Below are positions 56,461 to 64,000 of a stretch of DNA of 64,000 bases, piece after piece. How positions within the stretch are numbered: the first letter of the stretch is position 1; every line of letters starts with the position of its first letter. The stretch comes from Marispirochaeta sp. (GTDB lineage Bacteria; Spirochaetota; Spirochaetia; JC444; Marispirochaetaceae), in NCBI GenBank assembly GCA_963676835.2, contig CAXXFF010000002.1, positions 288,001 through 352,000 on the forward strand. Reading direction: 5' to 3'. The translations under genes and the position numbers were made by a program. The notes under the pieces were generated by a model that had not been told where the DNA came from, made no database searches, and saw only the letters and a program-made list of their open reading frames with translations.

Positions 56461-57192
56461 ATGAAGAGAATTTTCCTCACCACTCAACTTGCGATAATTC
56501 TTATCGTTTTTTCTGCCGCCGCCCCGCAGGAAGCAGCCGCAGAAAGCGGGTACAGTCCCCAGTTGAGATCCTATATGCACTCAATGACAGCAGCAGAACA
56601 GCCGCGGATAATCTCCGGGCAGGTGGTTCTCTCATATTTTTCAACTCATCCGGTCCGCTACGTGGCAGCCGCATTCGGCCATGAGGATTTCGCACAATTT
56701 CATATATACCAGAAGAACCAGAACGGGGTATTTCTGTTTACCATGCCCCTTCCGGAAAAGGTGGAGAATCTTACTTACCGGATCATTGTAGACGGACTGT
56801 GGATGAAAGACCCGGTAAACCGGAACATCGTCCATGACAGCCGGGGAATCCCCATATCCATGGTGCAGCTTCCGATCCGCCTGCCCGAAAAAGGCGAAAG
56901 CCCGATTATCCACAGCGATGGTACTGTAGAGTTTGTACACTACGGAACACCGGGAAAAACAGTCACCCTGGCGGGGGACTTCAACCGCTGGAGCCCTTTC
57001 AGCCATGAGCTGAATGAGACCACCCCCGGGGTATATCGTCTGCGTATCCGCCTCTATGAAGGCCCTCACCGCTATACCTACTATGTAAACGGCACCGCAG
57101 TTACTGATTCGCTGAACTCCCAGGTGGCTTATGATGTATTCGGAAATCAGGTTTCAGGCCTGACAGTACCCAGAACACCTGCCGGCAGCTGA
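56461..57192 (+). CDS. Exported protein with glycogen-binding (CBM48/AMPK-beta-like) domains
   Basis: YRIIVDGLWMKDPVN, VTLAGDFNRWSP, YTYYVNG. Confidence 0.8.
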   Translation: MKRIFLTTQLAIILIVFSAAAPQEAAAESGYSPQLRSYMHSMTAAEQPRIISGQVVLSYFSTHPVRYVAAAFGHEDFAQFHIYQKNQNGVFLFTMPLPEKVENLTYRIIVDGLWMKDPVNRNIVHDSRGIPISMVQLPIRLPEKGESPIIHSDGTVEFVHYGTPGKTVTLAGDFNRWSPFSHELNETTPGVYRLRIRLYEGPHRYTYYVNGTAVTDSLNSQVAYDVFGNQVSGLTVPRTPAGS

Positions 57193-57261
57193 ATGTCGTT
57201 ACTTCTTTTTATATTTTTCCAGCCTTCTTTCGTAAAGGATCCGTTTCAGACAGTCTAAGCT

Positions 57262-58113
57262 TTAATGACCAAGGGCTTCTCCGGCCCGGTAGGAAGATCT
57301 GACAAAAGGCGCAGAGGCAACGAAACGGAAGCCCCTGGCCTCCGCTTCCCGGCGGTAAAAATCAAAAACCTCCGGCGGCACATATCCAACCACAGGGAAA
57401 TGCTCTTTTGACGGAGCAAGATACTGCCCGATGGTAAGAAAGTCGCAGCCTGCAGCCCTGAGATCATCAAACAGCGAAAGCACCTCTTCCTTTGTTTCAC
57501 CAAGTCCAACCATCAGCCCGGTTTTCGCAGCCACCGGAGCTTCCGCTGCAGCCACCCTGCGCAGAAGTTCAACAGACTGTTGGTAATCCGCCTGGGGACG
57601 CACATCTGCATAGAGCCTGGGAACGGTCTCTACATTGTGATTAATAATCTCCGGACCGGCATCAATTACCGTCTGAAGGGCAGCTTCATCCCCTTTAAAA
57701 TCCGGAATCAGCACCTCCACACTAGCTTCGGGAACATGATCGCGAAGAGCCTTGATTACCGCGGCAAAATGGCCGGAACCGCCGTCGGGAAGATCATCTC
57801 TGGTCACAGATGTAACCACCACATGACGCAATCCCAGTTCGGCAGCCGCTTTTGCCAGACGTTCCGGCTCATCCGGATCGACCAGTTCCGGCGCACCGGG
57901 GGTAACATTGCAGAATCGGCAGTTTCTGGTACAGACACTGCCGAGGATCATGAATGTTGCAGTTCTGGAAGAGAAACACTCCATCCTGTTGGGGCAGTTT
58001 GCCTCAACACAGACAGTATTCAGGTGCATTTTCTTTAAAATTGCTTTAACAGCGTTCAGGTCTCTTCCACCCCGCACAGGGATCTTCAGCCAGTCAGGTT
58101 TCCTCATACTCAT
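57262..58113 (-). CDS. lipA: Lipoyl synthase
   Basis: [41 protein letters not shown] overlap with lipB. Confidence 0.97.
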   Translation of the reverse strand: MSMRKPDWLKIPVRGGRDLNAVKAILKKMHLNTVCVEANCPNRMECFSSRTATFMILGSVCTRNCRFCNVTPGAPELVDPDEPERLAKAAAELGLRHVVVTSVTRDDLPDGGSGHFAAVIKALRDHVPEASVEVLIPDFKGDEAALQTVIDAGPEIINHNVETVPRLYADVRPQADYQQSVELLRRVAAAEAPVAAKTGLMVGLGETKEEVLSLFDDLRAAGCDFLTIGQYLAPSKEHFPVVGYVPPEVFDFYRREAEARGFRFVASAPFVRSSYRAGEALGH

Positions 58114-58793
58114 ATTATCAGTTTCTCCGGGTAATCCCATGATATCTCTTCAATCTCATCATAGCCGTATATTTCTCGAAAGCAGGCGGCATATTCGTGC
58201 CGGGCTTTTGTCATATCTGTTTCCGTCCCGGTTAAGCGGGCGACGGAGGTAACTCCCCGGTCGAGAATTCCGCAGGGGACAATCCAGCTGAACGGAGTAA
58301 GGTCACAGTTAATATTAAGGGCGAACCCGTGCATGGTTACCCCCCGGCTGATACTTATCCCCAGGGCGGCAATCTTTTCATCACCAGTCCAGACCCCGAC
58401 ATGTTCATCACTCAAACCGGAATCAATATCATGAGCCCGTTTAAGATAAAGAATTACCGACTCTTCCAGCCGGTTTACAAAAAGCTTCAGCTTGCGCTGA
58501 TGATGATACAGATTGGCGATAATATAGCCGACAAGCTGTCCCGGACCGTGATAAGTAACCTGGCCTCCCCGGTCAATCTCTGCAACATCTACTCCCCGTT
58601 TATGAAACAGCTCGGGAGAGAGGAGGAGATCGTTGTTTTTTCCTCTTTTTCCCAGGGTAACCACCGGAGGATGTTCCAGCAGAAGCAGGGTATCCGGTAT
58701 TTCCTCATCAATCCTGCGGCGACGCAGCTCCTTCTGCAGCTCCAGCGCCTCTTCATAGGGTACCGCCGGGGCGTAAATAATCCTCAGTTTCAT
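58110..58793 (-). CDS. lipB: Lipoyl(octanoyl) transferase
   Basis: [41 protein letters not shown]. Confidence 0.96.
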   Translation of the reverse strand: MKLRIIYAPAVPYEEALELQKELRRRRIDEEIPDTLLLLEHPPVVTLGKRGKNNDLLLSPELFHKRGVDVAEIDRGGQVTYHGPGQLVGYIIANLYHHQRKLKLFVNRLEESVILYLKRAHDIDSGLSDEHVGVWTGDEKIAALGISISRGVTMHGFALNINCDLTPFSWIVPCGILDRGVTSVARLTGTETDMTKARHEYAACFREIYGYDEIEEISWDYPEKLII

Positions 58794-58881
58794 ACAGTGG
58801 TCCAATTTACCGCCTCTTGCGTCTTTACGGCAAGTGCAGAGACTATTCCATTCAGGATTTTAGAGATATTATTCCCGAAAG

Positions 58882-60243
58882 ATGGAACAAAAACCTGCCC
58901 GCAGCTATGTAAGCTACAGATCTATTTTCACCATTGCTCTGCCCATGGTGGTTTCCCAGGCCTCGGAGACAATCAATCTCTTTGTGGACCGTCTTTTTCT
59001 CAGTTCACTGGGAGAAGCAAGCCTTGCAGGTTCCATGAGCGGCGGACTGACAGCCTTCACCGCCTTTTCCCTGTTTGCTGCAGCCGTAGGTTACGTCAAC
59101 GCAATTGTTGCCCAGTACTATGGGGCAGGAAAATACCGCCGCTGTGCCCGTACAGCTGTGCAGGGAATCTACGCATCCCTGCTTATGGCCCCGCTGATTC
59201 TGCTGTTCCTGCCTCTTGGACACCTGCTGTTTACCGTTGTAGGCCACAGCGCTGAACAGATTTCCCTTGAATATACCTATTTCCGCATTATTATCAGCGG
59301 ATCATTCCTTATTTTGATTCGAAACGTTTTTACCGGCTTTTTTCTGGGCCAGGGTAAAAGCGGAGTTGTCATGCTGGCCAACCTTGCGGGGATGATAGTA
59401 AATGTGCCTGCCAATTATCTGCTGATCTTCGGAAAGGCCGGGCTTCCTGCCATGGGTATTGCCGGCGCCGCAACAGGAACCCTGATCGGCAGCGGAACCT
59501 CAGCTCTGGTGTTCTTTCTGTATTATATCAGCAAAACCACTAATGACCGCTTTTTAACCAGGACAGTATTCCGTCCGGATAAAGAACTTTTTCTCAGACT
59601 GCTCCGCTTCGGCATGCCTGCCGGCGTTGAAACCTTCCTTAATGTAACCGCCTTTAACCTCTTTCTGCAGCTTATGCTCTCCTACGGGTCAGAAGTAGCG
59701 GCGGCAGTAACTATTACCATGAACTATGACCTGGTTGCCTTTGTCCCGATGATCGGACTCAGTTTTGCCGCCACTGCTGTTGTGGGTCAGAAGATCGGTG
59801 CAGCAGATTATCCGGGAGCAATCCGGTCATCCTATATGATCATGCGCATCTCCTTTGTGTATGCAGGCAGCATGATACTTCTGTTTCTTCTGCTTCCACG
59901 CCCGCTGGTAACCATCTTCACCTCGGGACTCAGCAATCCGGAGACTGTCATACCCTTAAGCATCCTTCTTCTGCGTATGGCGGCGCTCTATATTCTTGCA
60001 GATGCCGTACAGCTGGTATTCGCCGGAGCTCTCCGCGGTGCCGGGGATACCCGTTTTGTGATGCAGTCCTCGGTGATTATTCACTGGCTTTTTGCGGGCT
60101 GCGCCTTTCTTCTGGTAAAAATTATAAAGATTTCTCCCCAGGCAATGTGGGCTCTTTTCATTCTGTTTGTAATGTCCTTGGGCTTGATTATGTTCCTCCG
60201 CTTCCGCAGCAATCGCTGGCAGTCAATCAAATTGATTGAATAG
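58882..60243 (+). CDS. MATE family efflux transporter
   Basis: IALPM, VAQYYGAG, GLPAMGIAGAATGT, LRGAGDT; multiple TM segments. Confidence 0.93.
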   Translation: MEQKPARSYVSYRSIFTIALPMVVSQASETINLFVDRLFLSSLGEASLAGSMSGGLTAFTAFSLFAAAVGYVNAIVAQYYGAGKYRRCARTAVQGIYASLLMAPLILLFLPLGHLLFTVVGHSAEQISLEYTYFRIIISGSFLILIRNVFTGFFLGQGKSGVVMLANLAGMIVNVPANYLLIFGKAGLPAMGIAGAATGTLIGSGTSALVFFLYYISKTTNDRFLTRTVFRPDKELFLRLLRFGMPAGVETFLNVTAFNLFLQLMLSYGSEVAAAVTITMNYDLVAFVPMIGLSFAATAVVGQKIGAADYPGAIRSSYMIMRISFVYAGSMILLFLLLPRPLVTIFTSGLSNPETVIPLSILLLRMAALYILADAVQLVFAGALRGAGDTRFVMQSSVIIHWLFAGCAFLLVKIIKISPQAMWALFILFVMSLGLIMFLRFRSNRWQSIKLIE

Positions 60244-60252
60244 CAGCCCCGG

Positions 60253-60299
60253 TGGACGAAGTATTCGTTTGTGTGTATGATTCATGTAAACGCTTACAT
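60253..60299 (+). promoter_or_regulatory. Promoter plus LacI-type operator
   Basis: TGGACG-N17-TATGAT; ATGTAAACGCTTACAT near-palindrome at 60284-60299. Confidence 0.75.
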
Positions 60300-60329
60300 A
60301 AGCCGGACCGGATACCAGCGGAGTAGAAA

Positions 60330-61331
60330 TTGAATATTTATGATATTGCCAGAGAAGCAGGAGTCTCAATTGCAACCGTCTCCCGGGTTGTGAACGGCAG
60401 TAACAAGGTAAAAGCCTCCACCCGGACAAAAGTTGAAGAAATCCTGCATAAACACAGTTATGCACCCAGCGCATTCGCCAGGGGAATGGTATCCGGCAGT
60501 ATGCGGACCATTGGTGTCATGACTGTCGATATCCGTGATATCTACTTCGGCAGCCTTACACATGCGGTAGAACAGGAATTTTCCTCCATAGGGTATAACA
60601 CCTTTCTCTGCAACACCGGAGGACTGCCGGAACAGCAGCTGCACTATCTGGATGTTCTTACCAGCAAAAAAGTAGACGGAATTATTCTTGTCGGCTCCAA
60701 CTATGACGATATAAGCCTTGAAAAAGCGGTTCAGGACACCGCCAGAAATATTCCTGTGGTTATGGTCAATCGCGACTTCACCGGCCCTAATATATGGTCG
60801 GTAATCTGCGACGAAAAGCAGGGCATGCGGGAGTGCGTAACCCATATTGTCGATAGAGGACACCGCGAGATCCTCTACATAAAAGACACCAATACATACA
60901 GTGCAGCAAGAAAGCTCTCCGGTTTCAAACAAGGAATGGCAGATGCGGGCTATCCATGCGGGGATGAATGTATTATCGAAACCGGCAAAGGCATCGAAGG
61001 CGGAATTGCGGCGGTAGAAAAAATTCTGCACAAAGACAGAGCATTTACAGCTTTGATAACCGGTGACGATGTTACCGCCGCAGGAGTTATAAAGGGACTT
61101 CACAGGGCAGGGAAGGTTCCCGGCAGAGAGATTGCCGTCAGCGGATTTAACGACTCAATTATAGCCCGAAGCACCGATCCTGAACTGACCTCCGTCAACA
61201 GCATGTCCAGCGAGATGGGCCGTACGGCGGTGGCAATCCTTACACAGGTGCTTGAAAACGGGCAGCCGCCGCAGAAAACAGTGCTTAATCCGGTACTTAC
61301 CGTACGTGCAAGTACATTGTTACCGGAATAA
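60330..61331 (+). CDS. LacI family transcriptional regulator
   Basis: IYDIAREAGVSIATVSRV HTH; periplasmic-binding fold; TTG start after GGAG. Confidence 0.95.
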   Translation: MNIYDIAREAGVSIATVSRVVNGSNKVKASTRTKVEEILHKHSYAPSAFARGMVSGSMRTIGVMTVDIRDIYFGSLTHAVEQEFSSIGYNTFLCNTGGLPEQQLHYLDVLTSKKVDGIILVGSNYDDISLEKAVQDTARNIPVVMVNRDFTGPNIWSVICDEKQGMRECVTHIVDRGHREILYIKDTNTYSAARKLSGFKQGMADAGYPCGDECIIETGKGIEGGIAAVEKILHKDRAFTALITGDDVTAAGVIKGLHRAGKVPGREIAVSGFNDSIIARSTDPELTSVNSMSSEMGRTAVAILTQVLENGQPPQKTVLNPVLTVRASTLLPE

Positions 61332-61368
61332 AAAATAGAGACACAGATTTACAAGAGGGAGTTTTAGT

Positions 61369-62907
61369 ATGCAGCAGTTGTCGAAGCAGTACGCCGAAAA
61401 CGGGAGTTTTCCCCAGAGTGTTGAAGCACCGAAGGTTGCGGATTATCCGGTAAAGGTTATCCAGTTCGGGGAAGGGAATTTCCTGCGGGGGTTTGTCGAC
61501 TGGATGGTGGACAGAATGAACCGGCAGGGCCTTTTCAACGGAAGTGTGAGAATTGTTCAGCCTATCGAGCGGGGAATGACAGACGTACTGAATCAGCAGG
61601 ACGGACTGTACACCCTGTACCTTCGGGGCCTGAAAAACGGCGAAGTAACCGAAGAAAAGTCCGTCATCGCTTCGGTCAAAGACGGGATGAATCCCTATGC
61701 CGATTTTGAGAAATTCCTGAAAGAAGCGGAAAACCCGGACTTGAGATTCATCGTCTCAAATACTACCGAAGCGGGCATCGCCTATACCGGACAGGACAAG
61801 CCTGAGGATACTCCCCCGGCAACCTTCCCCGGCAAGGTTACCCTTTTTCTCCACCGCCGCTTTAAGGCCTTCAACGGTGCCGCCGACAAAGGACTGGTTC
61901 TGCTGCCCTGTGAACTGATCAACCGCAACGGCGACAACCTCAAACGCATTGTTTTTCAGCTGGCCGAGGAGTGGAATCTGGGCGGAGATTTTAAAACCTG
62001 GCTGGAAACCGCAAATACCTTTACCAACACCCTGGTTGACAGAATCATCACCGGTTATCCGGTGGATACAATTAAAGAAATAACCGAAGAACTGGGATAT
62101 GAAGACAAGATTGTCGATGCCGGAGAAATATTCCATCTATGGGTAATTGAAGGTCCCGAGGCCATCAAGGAGGAGTTCCCTCTCCACAAAGCCGGTCTGG
62201 AAGTTGTCTGGACCGATGACATGACTCCCTACAGAACACGAAAAGTACGTATCCTTAACGGTGCCCATACAATGACAGTTCTTGCTGCCTATATGGCTGG
62301 ACTGGAAACAGTGGGTGAATCACTGAAGGATGAAACTGTTGCAGCCTATATTAAAAGAGGACTTTTCGAGGAAGTTATTCCCACCATGGATATGCCCAGG
62401 GAAGAACTTGAGGCCTATGCTGCGGAGACACTGGAGCGTTTCGCCAACCCCTTTATAACCCACTACCTGCTGAGCATTGCCCTCAACTCGGTATCCAAAT
62501 ATAAAGCCCGGGTGCTTCCAACCCTTAAAGACTCTCTGGCAGCAAAGAATACCCCCCCGTCAGTGCTTTCATTCGGACTGGCAGCCCTTATAGCTTTCTA
62601 CCGGGGAACTGAGTTTGCCGACGGCGCACTGGTGGGTCACCGGGGCAATGCGACCTACAGTATCAAGGACGACCAGGCGGTTCTTGAGTTTTTCTCAAGC
62701 CTCTGGAAGGACATTCCCGAAGCGCCCTCAAAAGCAGAGTGCGCCAAAATCGCCGAAACAGTTCTCGGCAGCGAACTGCTCTGGGCGGAAGATCTTAACA
62801 TGCAGCCCGGCCTTACATCCCTGATAAGCAGCTATCTCCAGGATATATATGCCCTGGGAATGAAAGGCGCCATGGAAAAAATGGTTACAGCAGGAGTAAC
62901 AGTATAA
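61369..62907 (+). CDS. uxaB: Tagaturonate reductase (altronate oxidoreductase)
   Basis: QFGEGNFLRGF, SNTTEAGI, PCELI, NTLVDRI, KVRILNGAHT. Confidence 0.95.
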   Translation: MQQLSKQYAENGSFPQSVEAPKVADYPVKVIQFGEGNFLRGFVDWMVDRMNRQGLFNGSVRIVQPIERGMTDVLNQQDGLYTLYLRGLKNGEVTEEKSVIASVKDGMNPYADFEKFLKEAENPDLRFIVSNTTEAGIAYTGQDKPEDTPPATFPGKVTLFLHRRFKAFNGAADKGLVLLPCELINRNGDNLKRIVFQLAEEWNLGGDFKTWLETANTFTNTLVDRIITGYPVDTIKEITEELGYEDKIVDAGEIFHLWVIEGPEAIKEEFPLHKAGLEVVWTDDMTPYRTRKVRILNGAHTMTVLAAYMAGLETVGESLKDETVAAYIKRGLFEEVIPTMDMPREELEAYAAETLERFANPFITHYLLSIALNSVSKYKARVLPTLKDSLAAKNTPPSVLSFGLAALIAFYRGTEFADGALVGHRGNATYSIKDDQAVLEFFSSLWKDIPEAPSKAECAKIAETVLGSELLWAEDLNMQPGLTSLISSYLQDIYALGMKGAMEKMVTAGVTV

Positions 62908-64000
62908 TGAAAGCACTTCAGGTTCATCCCCGGGATGATGTTGCAGTAGCCATTACCGACCTCAAGGCTGGAGAAACAGTAGAGGCGGGGAATAAAGAAG
63001 TTACCCTTACCGCAGATATCCCCAGGGGGCACAAATTCGCTCTGCGTGATATTGCCCTTCAGGAAGGGGTTATAAAGTACGGGTATGCCATTGGAAAAGC
63101 TGTTGCAGACATTTCCGCTGGAGACCATGTCCATGTACATAACATCAAAACAGGACTTACCGGGGTTGAAGAGTACACCTACACCCCGAAGGCCAGGGAA
63201 CTTCAGGCAAAGCCGACCCGGAGCTTTCAGGGCTACCGCCGTACAAACGGCAAAGCCGGAGTTCGCAACGAAGTATGGATAATACCTCTGTCAGGCTGTG
63301 CAAATCACACCTCCAAAAGTCTGGCCGATCAGGTAAAGAACCTTCCGGACAATGTTGATGGTGTTTTTGCCTTTCCCCACCCATACGGCTGTTCACAGCT
63401 TGGGGACGACCATGAATGGACCCGGGTGATTCTTGCGGCTCTCGCAGACCACCCCAACGCAGGGGCGGTTCTGATGATCAGTCTCGGATGCGAAAACAAC
63501 CAGATGGATACCTTTATTGAGCTGCTTAAAGAGCGGGGCGTATACGATGAGAAGCGCATGCGCTTTATGATTACCCAGGATGTGGACAATGAGATGGAAA
63601 CCGGCGAAGTTCTGCTGAAAGAGTGCATCGATTACGCAGCCGATTTTCACCGGGAAGAGATCCCCGCAAGTGAGCTTGTGGTAGGCCTTAAATGCGGCGG
63701 TTCAGATGGATTTTCCGGGCTTACGGCAAATCCCCTGCTTGGGGCTTTTTCCGACGACCTCATCGCCCAGGGAGGTTCAACCATCCTGACAGAGGTGCCT
63801 GAAATGTTCGGTGCAGAGACGATTCTCATGAACAGGGCCGTCGATGAGAAGATCTATAATAAAACTGTCGACCTCATTAACAATTTCAAGGAATATTTCC
63901 TGAGGCACAATCAGGTTGTATATGAAAATCCAAGCCCGGGAAACAAGAAAGGGGGGATTACCACCCTGGAGGACAAATCCCTGGGCTGTACCCAGAAGGG
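62907..64000 (+). CDS. uxaA: Altronate dehydratase, 3' truncated by window edge
   Basis: MKALQVHPRDDVAVA SAF domain, GHKFAL, HPYGCSQLGDD, LKCGGSDGFSG, NPSPGNKKGG. Confidence 0.93.
   Translation, partial: MKALQVHPRDDVAVAITDLKAGETVEAGNKEVTLTADIPRGHKFALRDIALQEGVIKYGYAIGKAVADISAGDHVHVHNIKTGLTGVEEYTYTPKARELQAKPTRSFQGYRRTNGKAGVRNEVWIIPLSGCANHTSKSLADQVKNLPDNVDGVFAFPHPYGCSQLGDDHEWTRVILAALADHPNAGAVLMISLGCENNQMDTFIELLKERGVYDEKRMRFMITQDVDNEMETGEVLLKECIDYAADFHREEIPASELVVGLKCGGSDGFSGLTANPLLGAFSDDLIAQGGSTILTEVPEMFGAETILMNRAVDEKIYNKTVDLINNFKEYFLRHNQVVYENPSPGNKKGGITTLEDKSLGCTQK

Noticed and set aside
1..64000. tRNA, rRNA or riboswitch genes
   Set aside because: None recognisable by eye in the intergenic regions; an Infernal/Rfam scan would be needed to exclude them

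Overview
Chromosomal segment of a free-living spirochete (Spirochaetaceae-like, inferred from FlcA, a DUF5312-like protein and an Msp-like outer-membrane protein). Most of it is housekeeping. It holds a pterin/folate cluster (SDR-folB-folK-folE), a metal ABC operon behind a perfect 15-1-15 palindrome, and a YtrA-type GntR operon (frameshifted SPFH, LolCDE-like ABC, LolA-like, OMP). It also carries hom, glgP, rpiB, glmS, trxA, trpE-GD-CF-B-A, ssb, manC, ilvE, flcA, lipBA, a MATE gene and lacI-uxaB-uxaA. The accessory part (about 41.2-50.2 kb) is the notable region. Two tandem Rpn-family PD-(D/E)XK genes, each with an internal RBS+ATG that could yield a small C-terminal antitoxin-like product, are bracketed by two pseudogene copies of a small membrane-anchored coiled-coil gene. 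Downstream lies a tandem array of five intact copies of that gene, with stalks of 5, 4, 1, 7 and 2 heptad repeats. These genes, ssb and a lipoprotein gene share an upstream GAAKCA-N15/16-VGTWWC(-N4-TATA) motif, suggesting one alternative-sigma regulon. All family assignments come from motif recognition by eye; no searches were run.
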